From positions 1-48,161 of the forward strand of contig JBDRLP010000041.1 of NCBI GenBank assembly GCA_043812975.1: DNA of 48,161 nucleotides. The letters are read 5' to 3'. Position numbers and translations under genes: made by a program. A model generated the notes under the pieces. The model saw only the letters and a list, made by a program, of their open reading frames with translations. It searched no databases and was not told where the DNA came from. The first letter of the stretch is position 1. The number at the start of each line of letters is the position of its first letter. Shown here in pieces: positions 1-9,514 of the stretch. This DNA is from Candidatus Iainarchaeum sp. Lineage in GTDB: Archaea; Iainarchaeota; Iainarchaeia; Iainarchaeales; Iainarchaeaceae.

Positions 1-1321
1 AGATTCTCCTGTAAAAAAAGTTGTTGTGATTAAACGCGGGGAAATGAAAACCAAAATGGTTAAAGGCCGTGATTATTGGTTTCATGAGTTAATGGAAAAA
101 GCAAATCCAGAATGTAAACCTGTTGAAATGGATTCAGAATCACCATTGTTTATTCTTTATACTTCTGGAACAACAGGAAAACCAAAAGGAGTTATCCATG
201 ATACTGGAGGTTATTTAACTTATGCTTATTTGACTTCCAAATGGATTTTTGATTTGCATGATAATGATGTTTTCTGGTGTACTGCTGATGTTGGCTGGAT
301 AACTGGGCACACTTACGCATGTTATGGTCCGTTGTCTTGTGGTGCCACTCAGGTTATTTATGAAGGCGCACCAAATTATCCTGACTGGAGCCGTTTCTGG
401 AAAATTGTTGAAGACCATAAAGTAAGTATCTTTTACACTGCACCAACCGCAATTAGAATGTTTGCAAAACAAGGGGTTGAATTTGTTAAAAAACACAACC
501 TTGATTCTTTAAGAGTATTGGGGAGTGTTGGCGAACCAATTGATAATGATGCGTGGATGTGGTACTTCAATAATATCGGGGGTAAGAGATGCCCTATTGT
601 AGATACCTGGTGGCAGACCGAAACAGGCGGAATACAGATAACCGCACTTCCAGGAATAGGTCCTTTTATTCCTACAGTTGCCGGAAGATCTTTTCCCGGA
701 ACTAATTTTGTTATTCTTAATGAATCAGGAAAAGAAGTGAAAAAAAATGAGGGGGGTTATTTAGTTCAAAAACCTCCGTTTGCTCCAGGAATGTTAAGAG
801 GGGTTTGGGGAAACCCTAAGAGATATAAAAAAACTTATTTTTCTGAATATGGAAACAAACTTTACTTTACAAGTGACGGAGCAAAGTACTATGATAAAAA
901 TAATATCAGAGTAACCGGAAGAGTTGATGATACTATGAAAGTTGCAGGTCATAGATTAACTACTGGCGAGTTGGAGGACGTGATTGCTACTTACAAACAT
1001 GTTTCTGAGTGTGCGGTTGTTCCTGAACCCGATAAAATAAGAGGTCAGGTTCCAATTGCATTTGTGGTTTTGAAAGGTGTTAAGGAAAGTGAAAAAATAA
1101 CTGAAGACATTATTAAGCGGGTTGTTGATGGAATAGGTCCGACAGCAAAACCAAAACAAATAATTTTTGTTGATGAACTGCCAAAAACCAGAAGTGGAAA
1201 AATAATGAGGAGAATCCTGAAAAAGCTGGTTACTAATGAGCCAATAGGTAATACAATGACTTTACAGAATCCTGAGTCTATTGTTGATTTGAAAAAGAAA
1301 ACTAATTATAAGGAAAAATAA
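1..1321 (+). CDS. acs: Acetyl-CoA synthetase (AMP-forming), 5'-truncated by the window edge
   Basis: YTSGTTGKPKG AMP-binding motif, DTWWQTETGG, LPKTRSGKIMRR; the frame is open from position 2. Confidence 0.95.
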   Translation, partial: DSPVKKVVVIKRGEMKTKMVKGRDYWFHELMEKANPECKPVEMDSESPLFILYTSGTTGKPKGVIHDTGGYLTYAYLTSKWIFDLHDNDVFWCTADVGWITGHTYACYGPLSCGATQVIYEGAPNYPDWSRFWKIVEDHKVSIFYTAPTAIRMFAKQGVEFVKKHNLDSLRVLGSVGEPIDNDAWMWYFNNIGGKRCPIVDTWWQTETGGIQITALPGIGPFIPTVAGRSFPGTNFVILNESGKEVKKNEGGYLVQKPPFAPGMLRGVWGNPKRYKKTYFSEYGNKLYFTSDGAKYYDKNNIRVTGRVDDTMKVAGHRLTTGELEDVIATYKHVSECAVVPEPDKIRGQVPIAFVVLKGVKESEKITEDIIKRVVDGIGPTAKPKQIIFVDELPKTRSGKIMRRILKKLVTNEPIGNTMTLQNPESIVDLKKKTNYKEK

Positions 1322-1978
1322 TCACAAAAATTTTATTATGCATACTCTTCCAACACATTTTTCATGTGCCGGACAAGGTTTTTCTTTATAATCAGGATCA
1401 TTTGGCATGCAGCATCTTGCAGGACACTCTGGTTTTTCACAAAATCCATTATTACATTCTTGAGGTTCAGGGCACAAAATTTCCTCATAACCTTCAATTC
1501 CTATACAACACTGATCTCGGCATCTGCGTAGTTCACATTCATTATTATTGCATTTTAAATTATTTTCACAAAATTTATCTTCGTATTCAGATTTGTTTTC
1601 ACAGCAACCATAAGGACACTCTGGTTTTACACATTCGTACTTTTCACAAATTAAACCAACAGGACATTCTTTTCTTTCAAATCTGCCAAGAACACAGCAG
1701 TCAGTAGTACATTCTTTTGTTTGGCAGTTGAAGTTCACACATACCTGGTAAGCAAGACATTTTTTTTGTTTGTAGAATTCACCTGTACAGCACTGGTATT
1801 CTTTCGGGCACTCAGAGTTTCCTGAGTCATCAATATAAAGTTCAGGCCTGTCAATTTCTTCAGGTTGGGTTTCAGTGGTTGAAAGAATAATAATAAATGC
1901 AACTAACACAAAAAAAAGTATGAATGCTATTATCAGCAGGTAATTAATTTTTTTTGAACTGAGAATTTTTAAATCCAT
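1322..1978 (-). CDS. Membrane-anchored cysteine-rich repeat protein
   Basis: N-terminal hydrophobic helix followed by five ~31-35 aa repeats with six Cys each. Confidence 0.8.
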   Translation of the reverse strand: MDLKILSSKKINYLLIIAFILFFVLVAFIIILSTTETQPEEIDRPELYIDDSGNSECPKEYQCCTGEFYKQKKCLAYQVCVNFNCQTKECTTDCCVLGRFERKECPVGLICEKYECVKPECPYGCCENKSEYEDKFCENNLKCNNNECELRRCRDQCCIGIEGYEEILCPEPQECNNGFCEKPECPARCCMPNDPDYKEKPCPAHEKCVGRVCIIKFL

Positions 1979-2014
1979 TATAATAAAATCTTAAAACAAG
2001 TATAATAATTTGTC

Positions 2015-3145
2015 TTATGGAAGGAAATCTTTTTTCTTGATTTTCTTTGGCAAGTACTCATCAGCCACGAATGAAAGTGATTTATTAGCAAGAGCCTGTT
2101 GTTCTATCCTGATTTTCAGTTGTATTGCTTTTTTCAGTTCAGCCTGCCATTCTTTGTTTTTGAACCAAGGGTAATCAAGCATTTCTTTAGCTCTTTTAAT
2201 GTCTCCTTCTTTCATTCTTTCAGTTACGTTCTGTAAACCAAATTCTTCAACATCTTCCAGAGTCATTCCGATGTACTTTGCTTCAGGTACTGCTAAAAAG
2301 TCTGAGTGTGCAGCTAATGCCATTGAACCCTGCTTTACAACACTGTAAATGTACCATCCGTAAGGGTCTCCGTCTGTAAACATGTATACTGGAAGTTTCT
2401 TTTCAGTATGAATTCTATGAATTAATCTTCTTGTTCCTCTTGCAGCCTGACCTCCAGTACTAATCAAAATAGCTTTATTCTTTTTTGCAAATCCTTCCTC
2501 TACAAGCCTTTCATACATAGCTTCTGTTTCGATTACAAGGATATAATCAGCACTTGTTTTTTTGATTTCAATTTCTTCAGGTTCAATCCTGCTCATTATA
2601 CTCCAGCCACCCCTTCCTAATTTAGATGCATTGAATTCATCCTTATTGTGTTTTTTGTCAACAATAGTAATGTCTCCGTAAAGAGTTCCTTTTGGGTTAG
2701 CGTGTAAATTTAATTTTTCTCTGATTGTATCAACACTGTGTTCTAAGTCAACAATACAGGAGTCACTTTCAGTCTGGTCTTCGAAAGTGTTTTCCTTACT
2801 TTTTCCAAGTGTGTGTTTTAATTCATAATAAACTTCTCTGATTGAAGCTGTTTTGTTTTGAGTTAAATAATCGTGTGCTTTTGATGTAACCATCATTGTC
2901 TGCATAAACTTTTTTGCATGACCAATATTCAGGAAGTTTCTTGATGTAACTTTATCCCCTAAAGTTAGGACTCTTCTTTTTTCATCAAATTCAACATTGC
3001 TTCTTCCTCTCTGCTGAGTAGTAAAAACAGGATCTATTTTAGAATCAATTTGTTTGGTAATGCCTTCAGCCATTATTTTTAGTTTTAATGCGATTTCTTT
3101 AGGCGTGGAATCTATTTTGTCTTTATTCTTTGTTGCTTTAACCAT
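2015..3145 (-). CDS. top6A: DNA topoisomerase VI subunit A
   Basis: SIREVYY catalytic Tyr region, LVIETEAM and FTDGDPYG TOPRIM motifs; adjacent to top6B. Confidence 0.96.
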   Translation of the reverse strand: MVKATKNKDKIDSTPKEIALKLKIMAEGITKQIDSKIDPVFTTQQRGRSNVEFDEKRRVLTLGDKVTSRNFLNIGHAKKFMQTMMVTSKAHDYLTQNKTASIREVYYELKHTLGKSKENTFEDQTESDSCIVDLEHSVDTIREKLNLHANPKGTLYGDITIVDKKHNKDEFNASKLGRGGWSIMSRIEPEEIEIKKTSADYILVIETEAMYERLVEEGFAKKNKAILISTGGQAARGTRRLIHRIHTEKKLPVYMFTDGDPYGWYIYSVVKQGSMALAAHSDFLAVPEAKYIGMTLEDVEEFGLQNVTERMKEGDIKRAKEMLDYPWFKNKEWQAELKKAIQLKIRIEQQALANKSLSFVADEYLPKKIKKKDFLP

Positions 3146-4860
3146 TACTCTTCACTCTCCTCAATTTCTTCTTCTAATTCCTCATCATCGTTTGGTAACT
3201 CTTCCTTTGCTTTTTTCCCAGTGTCTTTAGAGGTTTCTTTTATTTCCTGCGAGATTTTTTCTGCTTCTTCTTCATCGTCTTCAAGTTTTAATTTTTCAAG
3301 TACTAAGTGTTCAAGGTTTTTCTCAATTTTTTCCCTGCTTTTTTTTGTAACTTCTTCAAGTGCTTTTGCAATTTCAGGAATGTATTTGTAAAAGAGTTCT
3401 TTTTTCATTTTTTTATCTTGTTCTTTTCTTTTTCCAGCAATATATTGTGCAGCTCTTCTTCCTGAATCCATTAATGCTAATCTTAATTCTTCCATTATTT
3501 CTGTTTCGTCACTGATAGCCTGTTTTCCTGCGGATGTGTAAGGAATATGAACAGAGATTAGGTTAGCAAAAATTGTTATCGGAGCGTTTTCAAAATCCCT
3601 TACTCCGTATCTTTTCCAGTCAATGGATTGAACTGCTTTTGTAATCGCACATCCGCCTGTATCGAAAAGCAAAGGCGCTCTGTTTGCAAACCTCATTATT
3701 TCCATTTTTCTTTCAACAATACCATCATCATTAGAAGTACTGTTTCCTTTTCCTGCATCTCCTCCATAAGCAATTCCAATTTCTACTTGGAATGGGAAAC
3801 CTCCGCTGTAAACACTTGCTCTTCTTGTTACAACAGATAGGAACTCAGGTTTTACAATACTATTCAGGCTTTTTTTTATTCTTTCTTCTCCAATAGGCCT
3901 TAAACCATCAGTTCTTGGAGCAATAAAATTAATTTTCTTAAACTGCTTTACAACTTCTTCACATTCTTCCCAAGTTAATTGTCTAGGATCTTTCCTTAAA
4001 TCAAAAGAAACATTCTTCTGAATCTCAGAAATAGCTTTGTCCCCCATTCTGTCAAATTCACTTTTCAAAAAACTTGAAACTTGCCTTGCAGTTGTGTATT
4101 TTGCAAGAGTGTTTAATTCATCGACATTAACTCCTTTTGGGTGCGGTCTTATTTCAATTGGTTGTTTAGGAATATCCTTCAGTGTTCTTTTGAAAACAAT
4201 TTTTTTCTTACTAGGTTCAATAAGAGTAATTTGCGCATGAGGGTTTGCAATAGCAGTTCTTCTTAAATATTCCAATGGCGCTTGTTCAGAGTTAACATAT
4301 TTCATTCCTTTGAACTTTGCTTTGATCATTGTTCCTTTGAAATCTTTTTTGATTTCAGTCATGTTGGCTATTTTTGCCTGATTCTTTTTAGGGTCGATAG
4401 TAATTTCTAAACTTATCGGGTTTCCTTTTCCAGTTCCTGTAATAACTTGACTTGCTTTTCCAGTGGTTATTTGTGAAAGCATTGTACAACCCGCAGCACC
4501 TATTCCCTGTTGGCCTCTCATCTGCATCATTCTGTGGAACTTTGTTCCTGCAAGTAACTGTCCAAGTGCTTTTCCCACAGTTTCTTTTGTTAATCCGGGC
4601 CCATTATCTTTTACAGTAACTTCATAATACTCGCTTCCAAGTTCTTTAATCTGAACTTCTATATCCGGAAGGATTTTTGCTTCTTCACAAGCATCCAAAG
4701 AATTTGTAACATATTCATGCACAATAGTTGTAAGTGCCTTTATTTTTCCTGTTAAACCAAGCATTTGCATATTCTTTTTGAAGAATTCCGCGACTGAGTG
4801 TTCTTTAAACTCTTTTGCGATTTCATCTGCACTTGCTGCTTCTATTGCTCCGTTAGCCAT
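3145..4860 (-). CDS. top6B: DNA topoisomerase VI subunit B
   Basis: GHKL motifs EYVTNSLDA, DNGPG, RGQQGIG, plus RFANRAPLLF; acidic tail; ATG at 4860 preferred. Confidence 0.96.
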   Translation of the reverse strand: MANGAIEAASADEIAKEFKEHSVAEFFKKNMQMLGLTGKIKALTTIVHEYVTNSLDACEEAKILPDIEVQIKELGSEYYEVTVKDNGPGLTKETVGKALGQLLAGTKFHRMMQMRGQQGIGAAGCTMLSQITTGKASQVITGTGKGNPISLEITIDPKKNQAKIANMTEIKKDFKGTMIKAKFKGMKYVNSEQAPLEYLRRTAIANPHAQITLIEPSKKKIVFKRTLKDIPKQPIEIRPHPKGVNVDELNTLAKYTTARQVSSFLKSEFDRMGDKAISEIQKNVSFDLRKDPRQLTWEECEEVVKQFKKINFIAPRTDGLRPIGEERIKKSLNSIVKPEFLSVVTRRASVYSGGFPFQVEIGIAYGGDAGKGNSTSNDDGIVERKMEIMRFANRAPLLFDTGGCAITKAVQSIDWKRYGVRDFENAPITIFANLISVHIPYTSAGKQAISDETEIMEELRLALMDSGRRAAQYIAGKRKEQDKKMKKELFYKYIPEIAKALEEVTKKSREKIEKNLEHLVLEKLKLEDDEEEAEKISQEIKETSKDTGKKAKEELPNDDEELEEEIEESEE

Positions 4861-4865
4861 AAATA

Positions 4866-5405
4866 TCACAATTCAAATCTTTCGTTTTTAATTTTTCTTC
4901 TCAAAGAACCATAAACTGCTTGATGAGATGCTCCTCCTAAGAGCATATCAACTGCTTTTTTGGCTTTTTCAATTTCCTCTTCCTTTCCAATAATAGAAAT
5001 GGTTTTTCCATAAACTGAAATATTAGCCCCGGTATCAGTTTCAATTTCTTCTCTGGCTTTTCCTTTAGAACCAATAACTCTGCCTTTTTTTGCAGTTATT
5101 GTTCCCTTACTTTTACCAATTATTTCCTTGAGATCAATTATTTCAATAATAGTGCCTTCTTCAAGCAACCTGAAAGCTTTTTCAGGCGAAAAACCCCTAG
5201 CAATAGCCTTTACAATGCGCATAGCATTGAAATGCCCTAAAGAATCGCCTTTTTGACGACACTCTATTTCACCTTCCTTACTGTCCACGATTAATTTAGT
5301 ATTGGTTCTTAGCTCAATTTCTCGCTTAGTAGAGCCGTTTTTACCAATTACCGATCCAATCCTTTCATGTGGAACAAGCAAGAAATCGGAGTTTTCCTCT
5401 TCCAT
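4866..5405 (-). CDS. KH-domain pre-rRNA processing protein (Dim2/Pno1/Krr1-like)
   Basis: Two KH GxxG motifs (VIGKNG, RVIGSKG), AIARGFSPEKA; conserved position next to rio1. Confidence 0.92.
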   Translation of the reverse strand: MEEENSDFLLVPHERIGSVIGKNGSTKREIELRTNTKLIVDSKEGEIECRQKGDSLGHFNAMRIVKAIARGFSPEKAFRLLEEGTIIEIIDLKEIIGKSKGTITAKKGRVIGSKGKAREEIETDTGANISVYGKTISIIGKEEEIEKAKKAVDMLLGGASHQAVYGSLRRKIKNERFEL

Positions 5406-5465
5406 TATTTACTATTTAATAGATATACTATATATAATATATAGCTTACTCTCCGATTTTGAGCA

Positions 5466-6233
5466 TCATAGCTCATTTTTGCGTGTTTTTACTTTTGCAT
5501 ACAGCACCTCAAAGCTGATTTTTAGGCCTTTTTTGGAGAAGAAATTTGCCATATTTCTCACATCTCTTTCAAAAAAATCCTTTGCTTTTGGGTGATTAAG
5601 CAGAACTGCTTGAGCAAAATCAATAATTACAAGATTCTTATCTTTCACTAGGATATTGTACTCTGATAAGTCAGCATGAACCAAACCAGCCAAATAAAGT
5701 CTGGCCATAAAATCAACAATTTGCTCTAAATAGGCTTCCAGTTCCTTTTTGGTTGTTTTAGTTTCTTTTAGTTTCTTTGCTGGGTTGTTATTTTCACCTA
5801 TAAATTCCATTACAATTACATTTTCCTTAATTCCGAGGGGAACAGGAACGCTTAATCCTGCTCTGTTAGATAATAGCAGGTTTTTGTATTCTTTTTTTGC
5901 CCAAGCAAAAACAAGATTTCTTCGGTCTTTTCTCAATCCCTGAAAACGTCTATCATCAACAATGTATTCCTGCATTCTTTTGAAATCGGTTGTTTCTTTT
6001 TTGAAAATTTTAACTGCTCTTGGGTTTCCGGAAACATCAGTTGCTACAAACACGTGCGCTTCTTTTCCTGTACTAATAATGTGTTCAAGAATATCAAAGA
6101 GTCCTTTGTTTGCAAGTGCATGAACTGCTTTTATTGATTGGTCGTCAAAAACTTTTGCAAAAGTTTTCCTGTCTCCTTCCTGTTTGATTCTTTTCTCAAG
6201 AACATCATATTCGAATTCGTCTGTTTCTTCCAT
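5466..6233 (-). CDS. rio1: RIO1-family serine protein kinase/ATPase
   Basis: STGKEAHVF, LVHADLSEYNIL, IIDFAQAV. Confidence 0.94.
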   Translation of the reverse strand: MEETDEFEYDVLEKRIKQEGDRKTFAKVFDDQSIKAVHALANKGLFDILEHIISTGKEAHVFVATDVSGNPRAVKIFKKETTDFKRMQEYIVDDRRFQGLRKDRRNLVFAWAKKEYKNLLLSNRAGLSVPVPLGIKENVIVMEFIGENNNPAKKLKETKTTKKELEAYLEQIVDFMARLYLAGLVHADLSEYNILVKDKNLVIIDFAQAVLLNHPKAKDFFERDVRNMANFFSKKGLKISFEVLYAKVKTRKNEL

Positions 6234-6262
6234 AAAATCAGTAGGTAATAAAATTAGTTAAA

Positions 6263-6592
6263 TTAAACAGGAAGCTTATCCAAAAAGCCTCTTCTTTTGA
6301 GGTGTTCTGTTTGGAAACCAATGTATCGCCATACAATGTCTGCTTTTGATGGTTGAAAATCCCAGAGTTTTACAATCACAACATCCCTGTCCCGCATCCA
6401 GGTTCGTTTTCTCATTTTTCCAGTGATTCTACAGCTTCTTTCCAAACCATCTTCACAAAGAACTTTAATCTGGTCACCGCCCTGTCTTTGGATAACCATT
6501 CCGAACATTTCAAGATCGTCTTTTCTAGGGAGCCTTATTCTCCTTAACTGTGCCTGCTGGTTTTCAACTGCTGCTGCGTCTTTTTTACTCAA
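6263..6592 (-). CDS. eif1a: Translation initiation factor aIF-1A
   Basis: CRITGKMRKRTWMRDRDVVIV..WDFQ..KADIVWRY; TTG start. Confidence 0.93.
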   Translation of the reverse strand: MSKKDAAAVENQQAQLRRIRLPRKDDLEMFGMVIQRQGGDQIKVLCEDGLERSCRITGKMRKRTWMRDRDVVIVKLWDFQPSKADIVWRYIGFQTEHLKRRGFLDKLPV

Positions 6593-6594
6593 AA

Positions 6595-6888
6595 TTATAC
6601 CTTCATTATTATTGCGTGTTTAACACCGTCAATTGTAATAACATCCATAGCAGTTATAAATCCTTTTTCAATAGCAACTCCTACAGATTTTTTTCCAAAA
6701 AGATTAATGTTCTCGGCTTCTTTTAAAAGTTCAGCAAGTTTTGCCTCATCAATAAGTTCGCCTTTATAAAAATCCGCATCAATGAAAACTTCTCTTTTAT
6801 CGTCTTTCAGGGTTTTTCCAAGTAATTCTTTATCACAGCATGCTAGAACAAAAGTATTCTGAATGTTATAAGTTTTATAATACAACAT
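6595..6888 (-). CDS. DUF424 family protein
   Basis: VLACCDKELLGK, FYKGE, NLFGKKSV; typical neighbour of aIF-2beta. Confidence 0.85.
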   Translation of the reverse strand: MLYYKTYNIQNTFVLACCDKELLGKTLKDDKREVFIDADFYKGELIDEAKLAELLKEAENINLFGKKSVGVAIEKGFITAMDVITIDGVKHAIIMKV

Positions 6889-6889
6889 T

Positions 6890-7297
6890 TCACCTAATTT
6901 TTTTCAAAGGACTTATTGCACCGCATGCAGTGCACTTAAGCATTTTGATTCCGTTTCTTTCAGTAATTTCAGTATCGGGTTTTTTGCACTCGTGGCAAAG
7001 AACATATTCTTTCAAATAATTATCAAATAATTTGTCAAGAACTTCAGGCCAGAATTTTCCGTTCAAAGTAAGTTTTCCATCAGCAAGAACTGCTGATGTT
7101 GCAGTTTCTTTTGTAAGGTACTTGTAAAATGCTTTTTCATCCCTCTTAACCGATTTAATGGCTTGTGAAAAATTTTTTATAATTGTTTTTTTACCCTGTA
7201 CAGTACTATCCAGTTTAGGCAATTCAAACCTTTCCTTAGAAATGCTTTTTTCAGGCAGGCTGCTGTAAAGACGAGTAAGCATTTTATCGTATTCCAT
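6890..7297 (-). CDS. eif2b: Translation initiation factor aIF-2 beta subunit
   Basis: ERFELP, TIIKNF, Zn ribbon YVLCHECKKPDT...CTACGA. Confidence 0.95.
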   Translation of the reverse strand: MEYDKMLTRLYSSLPEKSISKERFELPKLDSTVQGKKTIIKNFSQAIKSVKRDEKAFYKYLTKETATSAVLADGKLTLNGKFWPEVLDKLFDNYLKEYVLCHECKKPDTEITERNGIKMLKCTACGAISPLKKIR

Positions 7298-7381
7298 GAA
7301 ACATTTCCTTTGTTAAAGCCTTATAAAGGTTTTTAAATTACCCAAAAAGCATTTATTAAACTTAAAACTCATTCTATTGGA

Positions 7382-7960
7382 ATGATTAGGCAACAAATTG
7401 ATGCATTAAAAAGCGCTATAGCAATTGTAGGTTTTCTTTTTGCAGCATACTTAATTTTTACAAATGCTTCAGTTGTGAATCAGTTAATCTTAGGTTATGG
7501 TTTGGTTGGGTTATTGATTGCAGCAATGATAGCTAACGCTTCAATATTTCTTCCTGTTCCGATTGATCTTGTGATTTTTGCACTAAGTGCAGAATCCTCA
7601 AGTTTTTTTGATGTTGTAGTTTTATCTTTTGTTGCAGGGATTGGAGCTGCGATTGGAGAAATGACTGCTTACATAATGGGTTTGCTCGGAATCAAAACTG
7701 CAGAAAAAGCACAACACAAAGAATTTTTACAAATCGATGATGTAAGAGAAAAGCTTGGAAAAAAAGGAATGATTTTTATTTTTCTTGGAGCAATGACTCC
7801 GTTTCCGTTTGACTTAATTGGAATAGTTGCGGGTTTGATTAAATACGATGTGAAAAAATTCTTTTTAGCAGCACTTGCAGGGAAAATTGTCCGATATTTA
7901 ATTATTGGTTGGGCTGCATTTTATGGAATGTCATTTGCAAAAGATTTTCTTTTCATTTAA
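7382..7960 (+). CDS. DedA/VTT (SNARE-associated Golgi-like) membrane protein
   Basis: Hydrophobic protein with GAAIGEMTAY, TPFPFDLIGIVAG, GKIVRY. Confidence 0.85.
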   Translation: MIRQQIDALKSAIAIVGFLFAAYLIFTNASVVNQLILGYGLVGLLIAAMIANASIFLPVPIDLVIFALSAESSSFFDVVVLSFVAGIGAAIGEMTAYIMGLLGIKTAEKAQHKEFLQIDDVREKLGKKGMIFIFLGAMTPFPFDLIGIVAGLIKYDVKKFFLAALAGKIVRYLIIGWAAFYGMSFAKDFLFI

Positions 7961-7964
7961 TTTT

Positions 7965-8789
7965 TTAAAACCCAATTAGTTTAGAAATTCCAAAAACCAA
8001 AACCATCAAAGCGGTTTGTAATGGTAATGCCGGAAGAGGTTTTCCTTTGTTTTTGGATGCATAATCCAGAGTAATAATCAATCCAACAAGTGAAGCAATA
8101 AGAATTGCAATTGAAGGAGCAAATCTGAGAATTGTAGTATTTGTTTGTGTAGCTAATACACTAATTGCAAATGCTAATGGAATAACCATGTCTCCGGTTC
8201 CTAATTCGAATTGGTGTTCTTTTGTCGGCAAAGCATAAGTAAAAGCAAGGTTCTTTTTTGTAACTCCTTTTGCAAGAGTAACCATGTGTTTTGTTTTGAA
8301 AACTGCTATGAAATCATAAATTCCTAAAAGCACAATGAATACCAGCATTGGAATTACTCCCAAGCTTGCTCCGATTAATGCTCCTGCTCCTGCAGCAGCA
8401 ACAATTGAAGAAGCGTTTCTTAACAAAAGGTGTTCTTTGAAAATAATTCTCAAAATTACAAATACAATTGCTATTACAAGAATTATTTCATCTGCGATTA
8501 AAGTTGGCATCAAAACAATAATGCTTGTGCCAAAAATAGCCATGCTTTCAATTAATTTCAGTAAAAGCCCTAGTAACCATCCCGGAGCAAACTTAATCAG
8601 TAAAAGCAAAATTGCAGTAAACCCAAGAATCCAAACCATTAAACCAATACTATTTTCCACATCATCAGGATTATCAGTAACAAGAGTAGTGTGAATATCC
8701 TGCTCAATCAGAAAATTACCTGCAAACAACCCAATCCCCTGAGTGAGAATAAAAATAATCAGCAATTGTGTCATTAGTTGCTTATTCAT
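7965..8789 (-). CDS. Presenilin/SPP-family GxGD intramembrane aspartyl protease
   Basis: Multiple TM helices with YD (IYDFIAV), LGTGD and PALP motifs. Confidence 0.92.
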   Translation of the reverse strand: MNKQLMTQLLIIFILTQGIGLFAGNFLIEQDIHTTLVTDNPDDVENSIGLMVWILGFTAILLLLIKFAPGWLLGLLLKLIESMAIFGTSIIVLMPTLIADEIILVIAIVFVILRIIFKEHLLLRNASSIVAAAGAGALIGASLGVIPMLVFIVLLGIYDFIAVFKTKHMVTLAKGVTKKNLAFTYALPTKEHQFELGTGDMVIPLAFAISVLATQTNTTILRFAPSIAILIASLVGLIITLDYASKNKGKPLPALPLQTALMVLVFGISKLIGF

Positions 8790-8807
8790 TTTATAACTAG
8801 GTTTCCT

Positions 8808-9470
8808 TTATTCAAAAAGCTTTCTTCCTACTCTGAGAACGGTGCTTCCTTCTTCTATTGCGATTTTGTAATCATTGCTCATTCCCATTGAGAGGTGGGT
8901 GATGTTTAGGTGTTCTTTTAAATCAAAAAGTGTCTGAAAACATTTTCTTATTGCTTCTTCATCTTCTGTGTGCAAAGCCATTGTCATTAAGCCGATAAAT
9001 TTTACATTATCATATGGAAGGTTTTTCATTGTTGTCATGAGTGATTCAACTTCTTTTGGTTCCATTCCGAATTTTTGGGATTCTCCTGAAGTATTAACCT
9101 GCAAAAAAATGTTCTGCACTTTATCCATATCTGAAGCAGCATAATTAATTTTTCTCAGTAAATTCAAAGAATCAACTGAATGAATATAATCAGATATCTC
9201 AACAACTTTTTTTACTTTATTAGATTGAAGGTGTCCGATGAAATGAATATCAACATCAAGTTCTTTTAAATCAGGATATTTTTCCTCTAATTCCTGTGCC
9301 TTGCTTTCCCCCAAATCTTTCACACCAGCAGCAACAGCTTCTTTTATTTTTTCAATTGGCTGGGTTTTCGAAACACCAACAAGTGTAATTCCTTCAGGTT
9401 TCCTGTGGACTTTTGCACAGACTTCAGCAATATCTTTTTGTATTTGCAGATAATTTTCTTTTACACTCAT
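8808..9470 (-). CDS. yggS: YggS-family pyridoxal phosphate homeostasis protein
   Basis: VGVSKTQP, HFIGHLQSNK, LSMGMSNDY..AIEEGST.LRVG. Confidence 0.95.
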   Translation of the reverse strand: MSVKENYLQIQKDIAEVCAKVHRKPEGITLVGVSKTQPIEKIKEAVAAGVKDLGESKAQELEEKYPDLKELDVDIHFIGHLQSNKVKKVVEISDYIHSVDSLNLLRKINYAASDMDKVQNIFLQVNTSGESQKFGMEPKEVESLMTTMKNLPYDNVKFIGLMTMALHTEDEEAIRKCFQTLFDLKEHLNITHLSMGMSNDYKIAIEEGSTVLRVGRKLFE

Positions 9471-9514
9471 AAGAAGAATTTGGGTTGAAAGGTTTTTAAT
9501 TATGCGAGACGTGT

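Noticed and set aside
5428..5444. CTATATAT-A-ATATATAG inverted repeat between rio1 and the KH gene
   Set aside because: Low-complexity TA sequence, best explained as a TATA region or chance
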